Shown in pieces: positions 42,001-56,500 of a DNA stretch of 64,000 nucleotides (its first letter is position 1; every line of letters begins with the position of its first letter). The stretch spans positions 247,628,001 to 247,692,000 of the forward strand of contig OZ024741.1 of assembly GCA_964016885.1 (NCBI GenBank), in the 5' to 3' direction. Below the pieces are notes generated by a model. It was not told the DNA's origin. It did not search any database and saw only the letters and a list, made by a program, of their open reading frames with translations. Made by a program: the position numbers and the translations under genes. The DNA comes from Eledone cirrhosa (Eukaryota).

Positions 42001-45000
42001 ATTATCTCCACCTGATTTTTTAAAAAATTATCTCCCCTTGGACGGCTGGAAATTATCTCCCCTTGGCTGGAAATTATCTCCCCTTGGACGGCTAGAAATT
42101 ATCTCTCTTTGGACGGCTGGAAATTATCTCCCCTTGATTTTTTTTACAAATTATCTCCCCCTGATTTTTTTTACAAATCTCCCAGTGATTTTTAAAAAAA
42201 AATTATCTTCCTTTCGCTGGTTGGAAATTATCTCCCCTTGGACGCTGGAAATTATAGCCCCTTGGAGGGCTGGAAATTATCTTCCCTTGGACGGCTGGAA
42301 ATTATCTCCCCTTGATTTTTTTACATTTTATCTCCCCCTGATTTTTTTTTACAAATTATCTCCCCGATTTTTTTTTACAAATTATCTCCGCCTGATTTTT
42401 TTAAAAAAATTATCTTCCCTTGGACGGCTGGAAATTATCTCCCCTTGGACGGCTGGAAATTATCTCGCCTTGGACGGCTAGAAATTACCTCTCCTTGGAC
42501 GGCTGAAAATTATCTCCCCTTGGACGCTGGAAATTATAGCCCCTTGGAGGGCTGGAAATTATGTCCCCTTGATTTTTTTTACAAATTATCTCCCCCTGAT
42601 TTTTTTTTACAAATTATCTCCCCCTGATTTTTTTTTTACAAATTATCTCCCCCTGATTTTTTTTTACAAATTATCTCCCCCTGATTTTTTTACAAATTAT
42701 CTCCCCTTGGCTGGCTGTAAATTATCTCCCCTTGGAGGCTGGAATTTATCTCCCCTTGGACGGCTGGAAATAATCTCCCCTTGGACGGCTAGAAATTACC
42801 TCTCCTTGGACGGCTGGAAATTATCTCCCCTTGAACGGCTGGAAATTATCTCCCCTTGGACGGCTGGAAATTATCTCCCCTTGGACGGCTGGAAATTATC
42901 TCCCCTTGGACGGCTAGAAATTACCTCTCCTTGGACGGCTGGAAATTATCTCCACTTGGACGGCTGGAAATTATCTCCCCTTCGCTGGCTGGAAATCATC
43001 TCCCTTTGGACGGCTGGAAATTATAGCTGCTTGTAGGGCTGGAAATTATCTCCCCTTGGACGGCTGGAAATTATCTCCCCTTGATTTATTTTACTAATTA
43101 TCTCCCCCTGATTTTTTTTACAAATTATCTCCGCCTGATTTTTTTTTAAAAATTATCTCCCCTTGGCTGGATGGAAATTATCTCCCCTTGGACGGCTGGA
43201 AATTATCTCCCCTTGGAGCCTAGAAATTACCTCTCCTTGGACAGCTGTAAATTATCTCCCCTTGGACGGCTGGAAATTATCTCGCCTTGGACGGCTGGAA
43301 ATTATCTCCCCTTGATTTTGTATACAAATTATCTCCCCCTGATTTTTTTTTACAAATTATCTGCCCCTGATTATATTTTTACAAATTAGCTCCGCCTGAT
43401 TTTTTAAAAAAATTATCTCCCCTTGGACGGCTGGAAATTATCTCCCCTTGGACGGCTGGAAATTATCTCCCCTTGAACGGCTAGAAATTACCTCTCCTTG
43501 GAGGGCTGGAAATTATCATCCCTTGGACGGCTGGAAATTATCTCCCCTTGATTTTTTTTACAAATTATCTCCCCTTGGACGGCTGGAAATTATCTCCCCT
43601 TGGACGGCTGGAAATTATCTCCCCTTGGACGGCTAGAAATTACCTCTCCTTGGACGGCTGAAAATTATCTCCCCTTGGACGGCTGGAAATTATCTCCCCT
43701 TGATTTTTTTTTACAAATTATCTCCCCCTGATTTTTTTTACAAATTATCTACCCCTGATTTTTTTTACAAATTATCTCCCCCTGATTTTTTTTACAAATT
43801 ATCTCCCCCTGATTTTTTTTACAAATTATCTCCCCCTGATTTTTTTTTACAAATTATCTCCCCCTGATTTTTTTACAAATTATCTCCCCCTGTTTTTTTT
43901 ACAAATTATCTCCGCCTGATTTTTTTAAATATTATCTTCCCTTGGCTGGCGGGAAATTATCTCCCCTTGGACGGCTGAAAATTATCTCCCCTTGGACGGC
44001 TGGAAATTATCTCCCCTTGATTTTTTTTACAAATTATCTCCCCCTGATTTTTTCTTACAAATTATCTCCCCCTGATTTTTTTACAAATTATCTCCCCCTG
44101 ATTTTTTTTTACAAATTGTCTCCCCCTGATTTTTTTTACAAATTATCTCCCTCTGATTTTTTTACAAATTATCTCCCCTTGGCTGGCTGGAAATTATCTC
44201 CCCTTGGACGGCTAGAAATTACCTCTCCTTGGACGGCTGGAAAATATGTCTCCTTGGACGGCTGGATATTATCTCCCCTTGGACGGCTGGAAATTATCTC
44301 CCCTTGGACGGCTGGAAATTATCTCCCCTTGATTTTTTTACAAATTATCTCCCCCTGATTTATTTTACAAATCTCCCAATTTAAAAAAAAAAATTATCTC
44401 CCCTTCGCTGGCTGGAAATTATCTCCCCTTGGACGCTGGAAATTATAGCCCCTTGGAGGGCTGGAAATTATCTTCCCTTGGACGGCTGGAAATTATCTCC
44501 CCTTGATTTTTTTTACAAATTATCTCCCCCTGATTTTTTTTACAAATTATCTCCCCCTGATTTTTTTTACAAATTATCTACCCCTGATTTTTTTTACAAA
44601 TTATCTCCCCCTGATTTTTTTTTACAAATTATCTCCCCCTGATTTTTTTTTACAAATTATCTCCCCCTGATTTTTTTACAAATTATCTCCCCCTGATTTT
44701 TTTTACAATCTCCGCCTGATTTTTTTAAAAATTATCTTCCCTTGGCTGGCTGGAAATTATCTCCCCTTGGACACTGGAAATTATAGCCCCTTGGAGGGCT
44801 GGAAATTATCTTCCCTTGGACGGCTGGAAATTATCTCCCCTTGATTTTTTTTACAAATTATCTCCGCCTGATTTTTTTTTACAAATTATCTCCCCCTGAT
44901 TTTTTTTTACACATTATCTACCCCTGATTTTTTTTTACAAATTATCTCCCCCTGATTTTTTTTACAAATTATCTCCCCCTGATTTTTCTTTTACAAATTA

Positions 45001-47513
45001 TCTCCCCCTGATTTTTTTACAAATTATCTCCCCCTGATTTTTTTTACAAATTATCTCCGCCTGATTTTTTTAAATATTATCTTCCCTTGGCTGGCGGGAA
45101 ATTATCTCCCCTTGGACGGCTGGAAATTATCTGCCCTTGATTTTCTTTTTACAAATTATCTTCCACTGATTTTTTTTACAAATTATCTCCACCTGATTTT
45201 TTAAAAAATTATCTCCCCTTGGAAGGCTGGAAATTATCTCCCCTTGGACGGCTGGAAATTATCTCCCCTTGGACGGCTAGAAATTATCTGTCCTTGGACG
45301 GCTGAAAATTATCTCCCCTTGGACGGCTGCAAATTATCTCCCCTTGATTTTTTTTACAAATTTTCTCCCCCTGATTTTTTTTACAAATTATCTCCCCCTG
45401 ATTTTTTTACAAATTATCTCCCCCTGATTTTTTTTTACAAATTATCTCCCCCTGATTTTTTTTTACAAATTATCTCCCCCTGATTTTTTTTACAATCTCC
45501 GCCTGATTTTTTTAAAAATTATCTTCCCTTGGCTGGCGGGAAATTATCTCCCCTTGGACGGCTGGAAATTATCTCACCTTGGAAGGATGGAAATTATCTC
45601 CCCTCGGACGGCTGGAAATTATCTCCCCTTGCACGGCTGGAAATTATCTCCCCTTGGCTGGAAATTATCTCCCCTTGGACGGCTAGAAATTATCTCTCTT
45701 TGGACGGCTGCAAATTATCTCCCTTTGATTTTTTTTACAAATTATCTCCCTCTGATTTTTTTTACAAATCTCCCCCTGATTTTTTTAAAAAAATTATCTC
45801 CCCTTCGCTGGCTGGAAATTATCTTCCCTTGGACGGCTGGAAATTATCTCCCCTTGATTTTTTTTACAAATTATCTCCGCCTGATTTTTTTTAAAAATTA
45901 TCTCTCCTTGGACGGCTGGAAATTATCTCCCCTTGATTTTTTTACAAATTATCTCCCCCTGATTTTTTTTTACAAATTATCTCCCCCTGATTTTTTTTTA
46001 CAAATTATCTACCCCTGATTTTTTTTTACAAATTATCTCCCCCTGATTTTTTTTTACAAATTATCTACCCCTGATTTTTTTTACAAATTATCTCCCCCTG
46101 ATTTTTTTTACAAATTATCTCCCCCTGATTTTTTTTTTACAAATTATCTCCCCCTGATTTTTTTACAAATTATCTCCCCCTGATTTTTTTTACAAATTAT
46201 CTCCGCCGGATTTTTTTAAATATTATCTTCCCTTGGCTGGCGGGAAATTATCTCCCCTTGGACGGCTGAAAATTATCTCCCTTTGGACGGCTGGAAATTA
46301 TCTCCCCTTGATTTTTTTTACAAATTATCTCCCCCTGATTTTTTTTTACAAATTATCTCCCCCTGATTTTTTTTACAAATTATCTCCCCCTGATTTTTTT
46401 TTACAAATTATCTCCCCCTGATTTTTTTTACAAATTATCTTCCCCTGATTTTTTTTACAAATTATCTCCCCCTGATTTTTTTTTACAAATTATCTCCCCT
46501 GATTTTTTTACAAATTATCTCCCCCTGATTTTTTTTACAAATTATCTCCGCCTGATTTTTTAAAATATTATCTTCCCTTGGCTGGCGGGAAATTATCTCC
46601 CCTTGGACGGCTGGAAATTATCTGCCCTTGATTTTCTTTTTACAAATTATCTTCCACTGATTTTTTTTACAAATTATCTCCACCTGATTTTTTAAAAAAT
46701 TATCTCCCCTTGGAAGGCTGGAAATTATCTCCCCTTGGCTGGAAATTATCTCCCCTTGGACGGCTAGAAATTATCTCTCTTTGGACGGCTGGAAATTATC
46801 ACCCCTTGAGTTTTTTACAAATTATCTCCCCCTGATTTTTTTTACAAATCTCCCAGTGATTTTTAAAAAAAAATTATCTCCCCTTCGCTGGCTGGAAATT
46901 ATCTCCCCTTGGACGCTGGAAATTATAGCACCTTGGAGGGCTGGAAATTATCTTCCCTTGGACGGCTGGAAATTATCTCCCCTTGACTTTTTTTACAAAT
47001 TATCTCCCCCTGATTTTTTTTTACAAATTATCTCTCCCTGATTTTTTTTTACAACTTATCTGCGCCTGATTTTTTTAAAAAAATTATCTCCCCTTGGACG
47101 GCTGGAAATTATCTCCCCTTGGACGGCTGGAAATTATCTCTCCTTGGACGGCTAGAATTTACCTCTCCTTGGACGGCTGAAAATTATCTCCCCTTGGACG
47201 GCTGGAAATTATCTCCCCTTGATTTTTTTTACAAATTATCTCCCCCTGATTTTTTTTTACAAATTATCTCCCCCTGATTTTTTTTACAAATTATCTCCCC
47301 CTGATTTTTTTTTACAAATTATCTCCCCCTGATTTTTTTTACAAATTATCTCCCCCTGATTTTCTTACAAATTATCTCCCCTTGGCTGGCTGGAAATTAT
47401 CTCCCCTTGGAGGCTGGAACTTATGTCCCCTTGGACGGCTAGAAATTACCTCTCCTTGGACGGCTGGATGATATGTCTCCTTGGACGGCTGGATATTATC
47501 TCCCCTTGGACGG
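21037..47513 (+). repeat. Higher-order repeat copy 2 (26,477 bp = 20,981 base + 3,724 + 1,772 extra)
   Basis: Marker ORF offsets of +26477: 21923->48400, 23043->49520, 15561->42038, 20304->46781. Internal re-runs: 23245->26969 (+3724) and 33105->34877 (+1772). Confidence 0.92.
23073..30584 (+). repeat. Tandem duplication of a ~3.75-kb segment (23073-26835 and 26797-30584)
   Basis: The ORF series 23245..26691 repeats at 26969..30440. The offset is +3724, becoming +3749 after a 25-bp monomer loss near 24545. At ~26836 the sequence jumps back to the CAAATCTCCCAGTG block. Confidence 0.9.
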
Positions 47514-50500
47514 CTGGAAATTATCTCCCCTTGGACGGCTGGAAATTATCTCCCCTTGGATGGCTAGATATTACCTCCCCTTGGACGGCTGGAAATTATC
47601 TCCCCTTGATTTTTTTTACAAATTATCTCCCCCTGATTTTTTTTTACAAATTATCTCCCCCTGATTTTTTTTTACAAATTATCTCCCCCTGATTTTTGTT
47701 TACAAATTATCTCCGCCTGATTTTTTTTTAAAAATTATCTCCCCTTGGACGGCTGGAAATTATCTCCCCTTGGACGGCTAGAAATTACCTCTCCTTGGAC
47801 GGCTGAAAATTATCTCCCCTTGGACGGCTGGAAATTATCTCCCCTTGATTTTTTTACAAATTATCTCCCCCTGATTTTTTTTTTACAAATTATCTCCCCC
47901 TGATTTTTTTTTTACAAATTATCTCCCCCTGATTTTTTTACAAATTATCTCCCCCTAATTTTTTTTACAAATTATCTCCGCCTGATTTTTTTAAATATTA
48001 TCTCTCCTTGGCTGGCGGGAAATTATCTCCCCTTGGACGGCTGGAAATTATCTCCCCATGGAAGGATGGAAATTATCTCCCCTTGGACGGCTGGAAATTA
48101 TCTACCCCTGATTTTTTTTACAAATTATCTCCCCCTGATTTTTTTTACAAATTATCTCCCCCTGATTTTTTTTTACAAATTATCTACCCCTGATTTTTTT
48201 TACAAATTATCTCCCCCTGATTTTTTTTACAAATTATCTCCCCCTGATTTTTTTTACAAATTATCTCCACCTGATTTTTTTACAAATTATCTCCCCCTGA
48301 TTTTTTTTACAAATTATCTTCCTCTGATTTTTTTACAAATTTTCTCCCCTTGGCTGGCTGGAAATTATCTCCCCTTGGACGGCTAGAAATTACCTCTCCT
48401 TGGATGGCTGGAAATTATCTCCCCTTGGACGGCTGGAAATTATCTCCCCTTGGACGGATAGATATTACCTCCCCTTGGACGGCTGGAAATTATCTCCCCT
48501 TGATTTTTTTACAAATTATCTCCCCCTGATTTATTTTACAAATCTGCCAATGATTTTTAAAAAAAAATTATCTCCCCTTCGCTGGCTGGAAATTATCTCC
48601 CCTTGGACGCTGGAAATTATAGCCCCTTGGAGGGCTGGAAATTATCTTCCCTTGGACGGCTGGAAATTATCTCCCCTTGATTTTTTTTACAAATTATCTC
48701 CCCCTGATTTTTTTTACAAATTATCTCCCCCTGATTTTTTTTACAAATTATCTACCCCTGATTTTTTTTACAAATTATCTCCCTCTGATTTTTTTTACAA
48801 ATTATCTCCCCCTGGAGATTTTTTTTTACAAATTATCTCCCCCTGATTTTTTTTACAAATTATCTCCCCCTGATTTTTTTTACAAATTATCTACCCCTGA
48901 TTTTTTTTACAAATTATCTCCCCCTGATTTTTTTTTACAAATTATCTCCCCCTGATTTTTTTTACAAATTATCTCCCCCTGATTTTTTTACAAATTATCT
49001 CCCCCTGATTTTTTTTACAATCTCCGCCTGATTTTTTTAAAAATTATCTTCCCTTGGCTGGCTGGAAATTATCTCCCCTTGGACACTGGAAATTATAGCC
49101 CCTTGGAGGGCTGGAAATTATCTTCCCTTGGACGGCTGGAAATTATCTCCCCTTGATTTTTTTTACAAATTATCTCCGCCTGATTTTTTTTTACAAATTA
49201 TCTCCCCCTGATTTTTTTTTACAAATTATCTACCCCTGATTTTTTTTTACAAATTATCTCCCCCTGATTTTTTTTACAAATTATCTCCGCCTGATTTTTT
49301 TAAATATTATCTTCCCTTGGCTGGCGGGAAATTATCTCCCCTTGGACGGCTGGAAATTATCTACCCTTGATTTTCTTTTTACAAATTATCTTCCACTGAT
49401 TTTTTTTACAAATTATCTCCACCTGATTTTTTTAAAAATTATCTCCCCTTGGAAGGCTGGAAATTATCTCCCCTTGGCTGGAAATTATCTCCCCTTGGAC
49501 GGCTAGAAATTATCTCTCTTTGGACGGCTGGAAATTATCACCCCTTGAGTTTTTTACAAATTATCTCCCCCTGATTTTTTTTACAAATCTCCCAGTGATT
49601 TTAAAAAAAAAATTATCTCCCCTTCGCTGGCTTGAAATTATCTCCCCTTGGACGCTGGAAATTATAGCCCCTTGGAGGGCTGGAAATTATCTTCCCTTGG
49701 ACGGCTGGAAATTATCTCCCCTTGATTTTTTTTACAAATTATCTCCCCCTGATTTTTTTTTACAAATTATCTCCCCCTGATTTTTTTTACAACTTATCTG
49801 CGCCTGATTTTTTTAAAAAAATTATCTCCCCTTGGACGGCTGGAAATTATCTCCCCTTGGACGGCTGGAAATTATCTCTCCTTGGACGGCTAGAATTTAC
49901 CTCTCCTTGGACGGCTGAAAATTATCTCCCCTTGGACGGCTGGAAATTATCTCCCCTTGATTTTTTTTACAAATTATCTCCCCCTGATTTTTTTTTACAA
50001 ATTATCTCCCCCTGATTTTTTTACAAATTATCTCCCCTTGGCTGGCTGGAAATTATCTCCCCTTGGAGGCTGGAACTTATCTCCCCTTGGACGGCTAGAA
50101 ATTACCTCTCCTTGGACGGCTGGAAAATATGTCTCCTTGGACGGCTGGATATTATCTCCCCTTGGACGGCTGGAAATTATCTCCCCTTGGACGGCTGGAA
50201 ATTATCTCCCCTTGGATGGCTAGATATTACCTCCCCTTGGACGGCTGGAAATTATCTCCCCTTGATTTTTTTTACAAATTATCTCCCCCTGATTTTTTTT
50301 ACAAATTATCTCCCCCTGATTTTTTTTTACAAATTATCTCCCCCTGATTTTTGTTTACAAATTATCTCCGCCTGATTTTTTTAAATATTATCTCTCCTTG
50401 GCTGGCGGGAAATTATCTCCCCTTGGACGGCTGGAAATTATCTCCCCTTGGAAGGATGGAAATTATCTCCCCTTGGACGGCTGGAAATTATCTACCCCTG

Positions 50501-53500
50501 ATTTTTTTTACAAATTATCTCCCCCTGATTTTTTTTACAAATTATCTCCCCCTGATTTTTTTTACAAATTATCTACCCCTGATTTCTTTTACAAATTATC
50601 TCCCCCTGATTTTTTTTACAAATTATCTCCCCCTGATTTTTTTTTTACAAATTATCTCCCCCTGATTTTTTTACAAATTATCTCCCCCTGATTTTTTTTA
50701 CAAATTATCTCCGCCTGATTTTTTTAAATATTATCTTCCCTTGGCTGGCTGGAAATTATCTCCCCTTGGACGGCTAGAAATTACCTCTCCTTGGACGGCT
50801 GGAAATTATCTCCCCTTGGACGGCTGGAAATTATCTCCCCTTGGACGGATAGATATTACCTCCCCTTGGACGGCTGGAAATTATCTCCCCTTGATTTTTT
50901 TACAAATTATCTCCCCCTGATTTATTTTACAAATCTCCCAATGATTTTTAAAAAAAAATTATCTCCCCTTCGCTGGCTGGAAATTATCTCCCCTTGGACG
51001 CTGGAAATTATCTCCCCTTGGACGGCTGAAAATTATCTCCCCTTGGACGGCTGGAAATTATCTCCCCTTGATTTTTTTTACAAATTATCTCCCCCTGATT
51101 TTTTTTTACAAATTATCTCCGCCTGATTTTTTTTACAAATTATCTCCCCCTGATTTTTTTTTACAAATTATCTCCCCCTGATTTTTTTACAAATTATCTC
51201 CCCCTGATTTTTTTTACAAATTATCTCCGCCTGATTTTTTAAAATATTATCTTCCCTTGGCTGGCGGGAAATTATCTCCCCTTGGACGGCTGGAAATTAT
51301 CTGCCCTTGATTTTCTTTTTACAAATTATCTTCCACTGATTTTTTTTACAAATTATCTCCACCTGATTTTTTAAAAAATTATCTCCCCTTGGACGGCTGG
51401 AAATTATCTCCCCTTGGACGGCTGGAAATTATCTCCCCTTGGACGGCTGGAAATTATCTCTCCTTGGACGGCTAGAATTTACCTCTCCTTGGACGGCTGA
51501 AAATTATCTCCCCTTGGACGGCTGGAAATTATCTCCCCTTGGACGGCTGGAAATTATCTCCCCTTGGACGGCTGGAAATTATCTCTCCTTGGACGGCTAG
51601 AAATTACCTCTCCTTGGACGGCTGGAAAATATGTCTCCTTGGACGGCTGGATATTATCTCCCCTTGGACGGCTGGAAATTATCTCCCCTTGGACGGCTGG
51701 AAATTATCTCCCCTTGGATGGCTAGATATTACCTCCCCTTGGACGGCTGGAAATTATCTCCCCTTGATTTTTTTACAAATTATCTCCCCCTGATTTTTTT
51801 TTACAAATTATCTCCCCCTGATTTTTTTTTACAAATTATCTCCCCCTGATTTTTGTTTACAAATTATCTCCGCCTGATTTTTTTTTTTAAATTATCTCCC
51901 CTTGGACGGCTGGAAATTATCTCCCCTTGGACGGCTAGAAATTACCTCTCCTTGGACGGCTGAAAATTATCTCCCCTTGGACGGCTGGAAATTATCTCCC
52001 CTTGATTTTTTTACAAATTATCTCCCCCTGATTTTTTTTTTACAAATTATCTCCCCCTGATTTTTTTTTACAAATTATCTACCCCTGATTTTTTTTTACA
52101 AATTATCTCCCCCTGATTTTTTTTTACAAATTATCTACCCCTGATTTTTTTTACAAATTATCTCCCCCTGATTTTTTTTACAAATTATCTCCCCCTGATT
52201 TTTTTTTTACAAATTATCTCCCCCTGATTTTTTTACAAATTATCTCCCCTTGATTTTTTTTTACAACTTATCTGCGCCTGATTTTTTTTAAAAAATTATC
52301 TCCCCTTGGACGGCTGGAAATTATCTCCCCTTGGACGGCTGGAAATTATCTCTCCTTGGACGGCTAGAATTTACCTCTCCTTGGACGGCTGAAAATTATC
52401 TCCCCTTGGACGGCTGGGAATTATCTCCCCTTGATTTTTTTTACAAATTATCTCCTCCTGATTTTTTTTTACAAATTATCTCCCCCTGATTTTTTTTTAC
52501 AAATTATCTCCCCCTGATTTTTTTTTACAAATTATCTCCCCCTGATTTTTTTACAAATTATCTCCCCTTGGCTGGCTGGAAATTATCTCCCCTTGGAGCC
52601 TGGAACTTATGTCCCCTTGGACGGCTAGAAATTACCTCTCCTTGGACGGCTGGAAAATATGTCTCCTTGGACGGCTGGATATTATCTCCCCTTGGACGGC
52701 TGGAAATTATCTCCCCTTGGACGGCTGGAAATTATCTCCCCTTGGATGGCTAGATATTACCTCCCCTTGGACGGCTGGAAATTATCTCCCCTTGATTTTT
52801 TTTACAAATTATCTCCCCCTGATTTTTTTTTACAAATTATCTCCCCCTGATTTTTTTTTACAAATTATCTCCCCCTGATTTTTGTTTACAAATTATCTCC
52901 GCCTATTTTTTTTTAAAAATTATCTCCCCTTGGACGGCTGGAAATTATCTCCCCTTGGACGGCTAGAAATTACCTCTCCTTGGACGGCTGAAAATTATCT
53001 CCCCTTGGACGGCTGGAAATTATCTCCCCTTGATTTTTTTACAAATTATCTCCCCCTGATTTTTTTTTTACAAATTATCTCCCCCTGATTTTTTTTTTAC
53101 AAATTATCTCCCCCTGATTTTTTTACAAATTATCTCCCCCTAATTTTTTTTACAAATTATCTCCGCCTGATTTTTTTAAATATTATCTCTCCTTGGCTGG
53201 CGGGAAATTATCTCACCTTGGACGGCTGGAAATTATCTCCCCTTGGAAGAATGGAAATTATCTCCCCTTGGACGGCTGGAAATTATCTACCCCTGATTTT
53301 TTTTACAAATTATCTCCCCCTGATTTTTTTTACAAATTATCTCCCCCTGATTTTTTTTTACAAATTATCTACCCCTGATTTTTTTTACAAATTATCTCCC
53401 CCTGATTTTTTTTACAAATTATCTCCCCCTGATTTTTTTTTACAAATTATCTACCCCTGATTTTTTTTACAAATTATCTCCCCCTGATTTTTTTTTACAA

Positions 53501-56500
53501 ATTATCTCCCCCTGATTTTTTTACAAATTATCTCCCCCTGATTTTTTTTACAATCTCCGCCTGATTTTTTTAAAAATTATCTTCTCTTGGCTGGCTGGAA
53601 ATTATCTCCCCTTGGACACTGGAAATTATAGCCACTTGGAGGGCTGGAAATTATCTTCCCTTGGACGGCTGGAAATTATCTCCCCTTGATTTTTTTTACA
53701 AATTATCTCCGCCTGATTTTTTTTTACAAATTATCTCCCCCTGATTTTTTTTTACAAATTATCTACCCCTGATTTTTTTTTACAAATTATCTCCCCCTGA
53801 TTTTTTTTACAAATTATCTCCCCCTGATTTCTCTTTTACAAATTATCTCCCCCTGATTTTTTTACAAATTATCTCCCCCTGATTTTTTTTACAAATTATC
53901 TCCGCCTGATTTTTTTAAATATTATCTTCCCTTGGCTGGCGGGAAATTATCTCCCCTTGGACGGCTGGAAATTATCTACCCTTGATTTTCTTTTTACAAA
54001 TTATCTTCCACTGATTTTTTTTACAAATTATCTCCACCTGATTTTTTAAAAAATTATCTCCCCTTGGAAGGCTGGAAATTATCTCCCCTTGGCTGGAAAT
54101 TATCTCCCCTTGGACGGCTAGAAATTATCTCTCTTTGGACGGCTGGAAATTATCACCCCTTGAGTTTTTTACAAATTATCTCCCCCTGATTTTTTTACAA
54201 ATTATCTCCCCCTGATTTTTTTTACAAATTATCTCCGCCTGATTTTTTTAAATATTATCTTCCCTTGGCTGGCGGGAAATTATCTCCCCTTGGACGGCTG
54301 AAAATTATCTCCCCTTGGACGGCTGGAAATTATCTCCCCTTGATTTTTTTTACAAATTATCTCCCCCTGATTTTTTTTTACAAATTATCTCCCCCTGATT
54401 TTTTTACAAATTATCTCCCCTTGGACGCTGGAAATTATAGCCCCTTGGAGGGCTGGAAATTATCTTCCCTTGGACGGCTGCAAATTATCTCCCCTTGATT
54501 TTTTTTACAAATTATCTCCCCCTGATTTTTTTTACAAATTATCTCCCCCTGATTTTTTTTACAAATTATCTACCCCTAATTTTTTTTACAAATTATCTCC
54601 CCCTGATTTTTTTTTACAAATTATCTCCCCCTGATTTTTTTTTACAAATTATCTCCCCCTGATTTTTTTACAAATTATCTCCCCCTGATTTTTTTTACAA
54701 TCTCCGCCTGATTTTTTTAAAAATTATCTTCTCTTGGCTGGCTGGAAATTATCTCCCCTTGGACACTGGAAATTATAGCCACTTGGAGGGCTGGAAATTA
54801 TCTTCCCTTGGACGGCTGGAAATTATCACCCCTTGATTTTTTTTACAAATTATCTCCGCCTGATTTTTTTTTACAAATTATCTCCCCCTGATTTTTTTTT
54901 ACAAATTATCTAACCCTGATTTTTTTTTACAAATTATCTCCCCCTGATTTTTTTTACAAATTATCTCCCCCTGATTTCTCTTTTACAAATTATCTCCCCC
55001 TGATTTTTTTACAAATTATCTCCCCCTGATTTTTTTTACAAATTATCTCCGCCTGATTTTTTTAAATATTATCTTCCCTTGGCTGGCGGGAAATTATCTC
55101 CCCTTGGACGGCTGGAAATTATCTACCCTTGATTTTCTTTTTACAAATTATCTTCCACTGATTTTTTTTACAAATTATCTCCACCTGATTTTTTAAAAAA
55201 TTATCTCCCCTTGGAAGGCTGGAAATTATCTCCCCTTGGCTGGAAATTATCTCCCCTTGGACGGCTAGAAATTATCTCTCTTTGGACGGCTGGAAATTAT
55301 CACCCCTTGAGCTTTTTACAAATTATCTCCCCCTGATTTTTTTTACAAATCTCCCTGTGATTTTTTAAAAAAAATTATCTCCCCTTCGCTGGCTGGAAAT
55401 TATCTCCCCTTGGACGCTGGAAATTATAGCCCCTTGGAGGGCTGGAAATTATCTTCCCTTGGACGGCTGGAAATTATCTCCCCTTGATTTTTTTTACAAA
55501 TTATCTCCCCCTGATTTTTTTTTACAAATTATCTCCCCCTGATTTTTTTTACAACTTATCTGCGCCTGATTTTTTTTTAAAAATTATCTCCCCTTGGACG
55601 GCTGGAAATTATCTCCCCTTGGACTGCTGGAAATTATCTCTCCTTGGACGGCTAGAATTTACCTCTCCTTGGACGGCTGAAAATTATCTCCCCTTGGACG
55701 GCTGGAAATTATCTCCCCTTGATTTTTTTTACAAATTATCTCCCCCTGATTTTTTTTTACAAATTATCTCCCCCTGATTTTTTTTTACAAATTATCTCCC
55801 CCTGATTTTTTTTTACAAATTATCTACCCCTGATTTTCTTTTACAAATTATCTCCCCTTGGCTGGCTGGAAATTATCTCCCCTTGGAGGCTGGAACTTAT
55901 CTCCCCTTGGACGGCTAGAAATTACCTCTCCTTGGTCGGCTGGAAAATATGTCTCCTTGGACGGCTGGATATTATCTCCCCTTGGACGGCTGGAAATTAT
56001 CTCCCCTTGGACGGCTGAAAATTATCTCCCCTTGATTTTTTTTACAAATTATCTCCCCCTGATTTTTTTTTACAAATTATCTCCCCCTGATTTTTGTTTA
56101 CAAATTATCTCCGCCTGATTTTTTAAAAAAATTATCTCCCCTTGGACGGATAGAAATTACCTCTCCTTGGACGGCTGAAAATTATCTCCCCTTTGACGGC
56201 TGGAAATTATCTCCCCTTGATTTTTTTACAAATTATCTCCCCCTGATTTTTTTTTTACAAATTATCTCCCCCTGATTTTTTTTTACAAATTATCTACCCC
56301 TGATTTTTTTTTACAAATTATCTCCCCCTGATTTTTTTTACAAATTATCTCCCCCTGATTTTTTTTTACAAATTATCTCCCCCTGATTTTTTTACAAATT
56401 ATCTCCCCCTGATTTTTTTTACAAATTATCTCCGCCTGATTTTTTTAAATATTATCTCTCCTTGGCTGGCGGGAAATTATCTCCCCTTGGACGGCTGGAA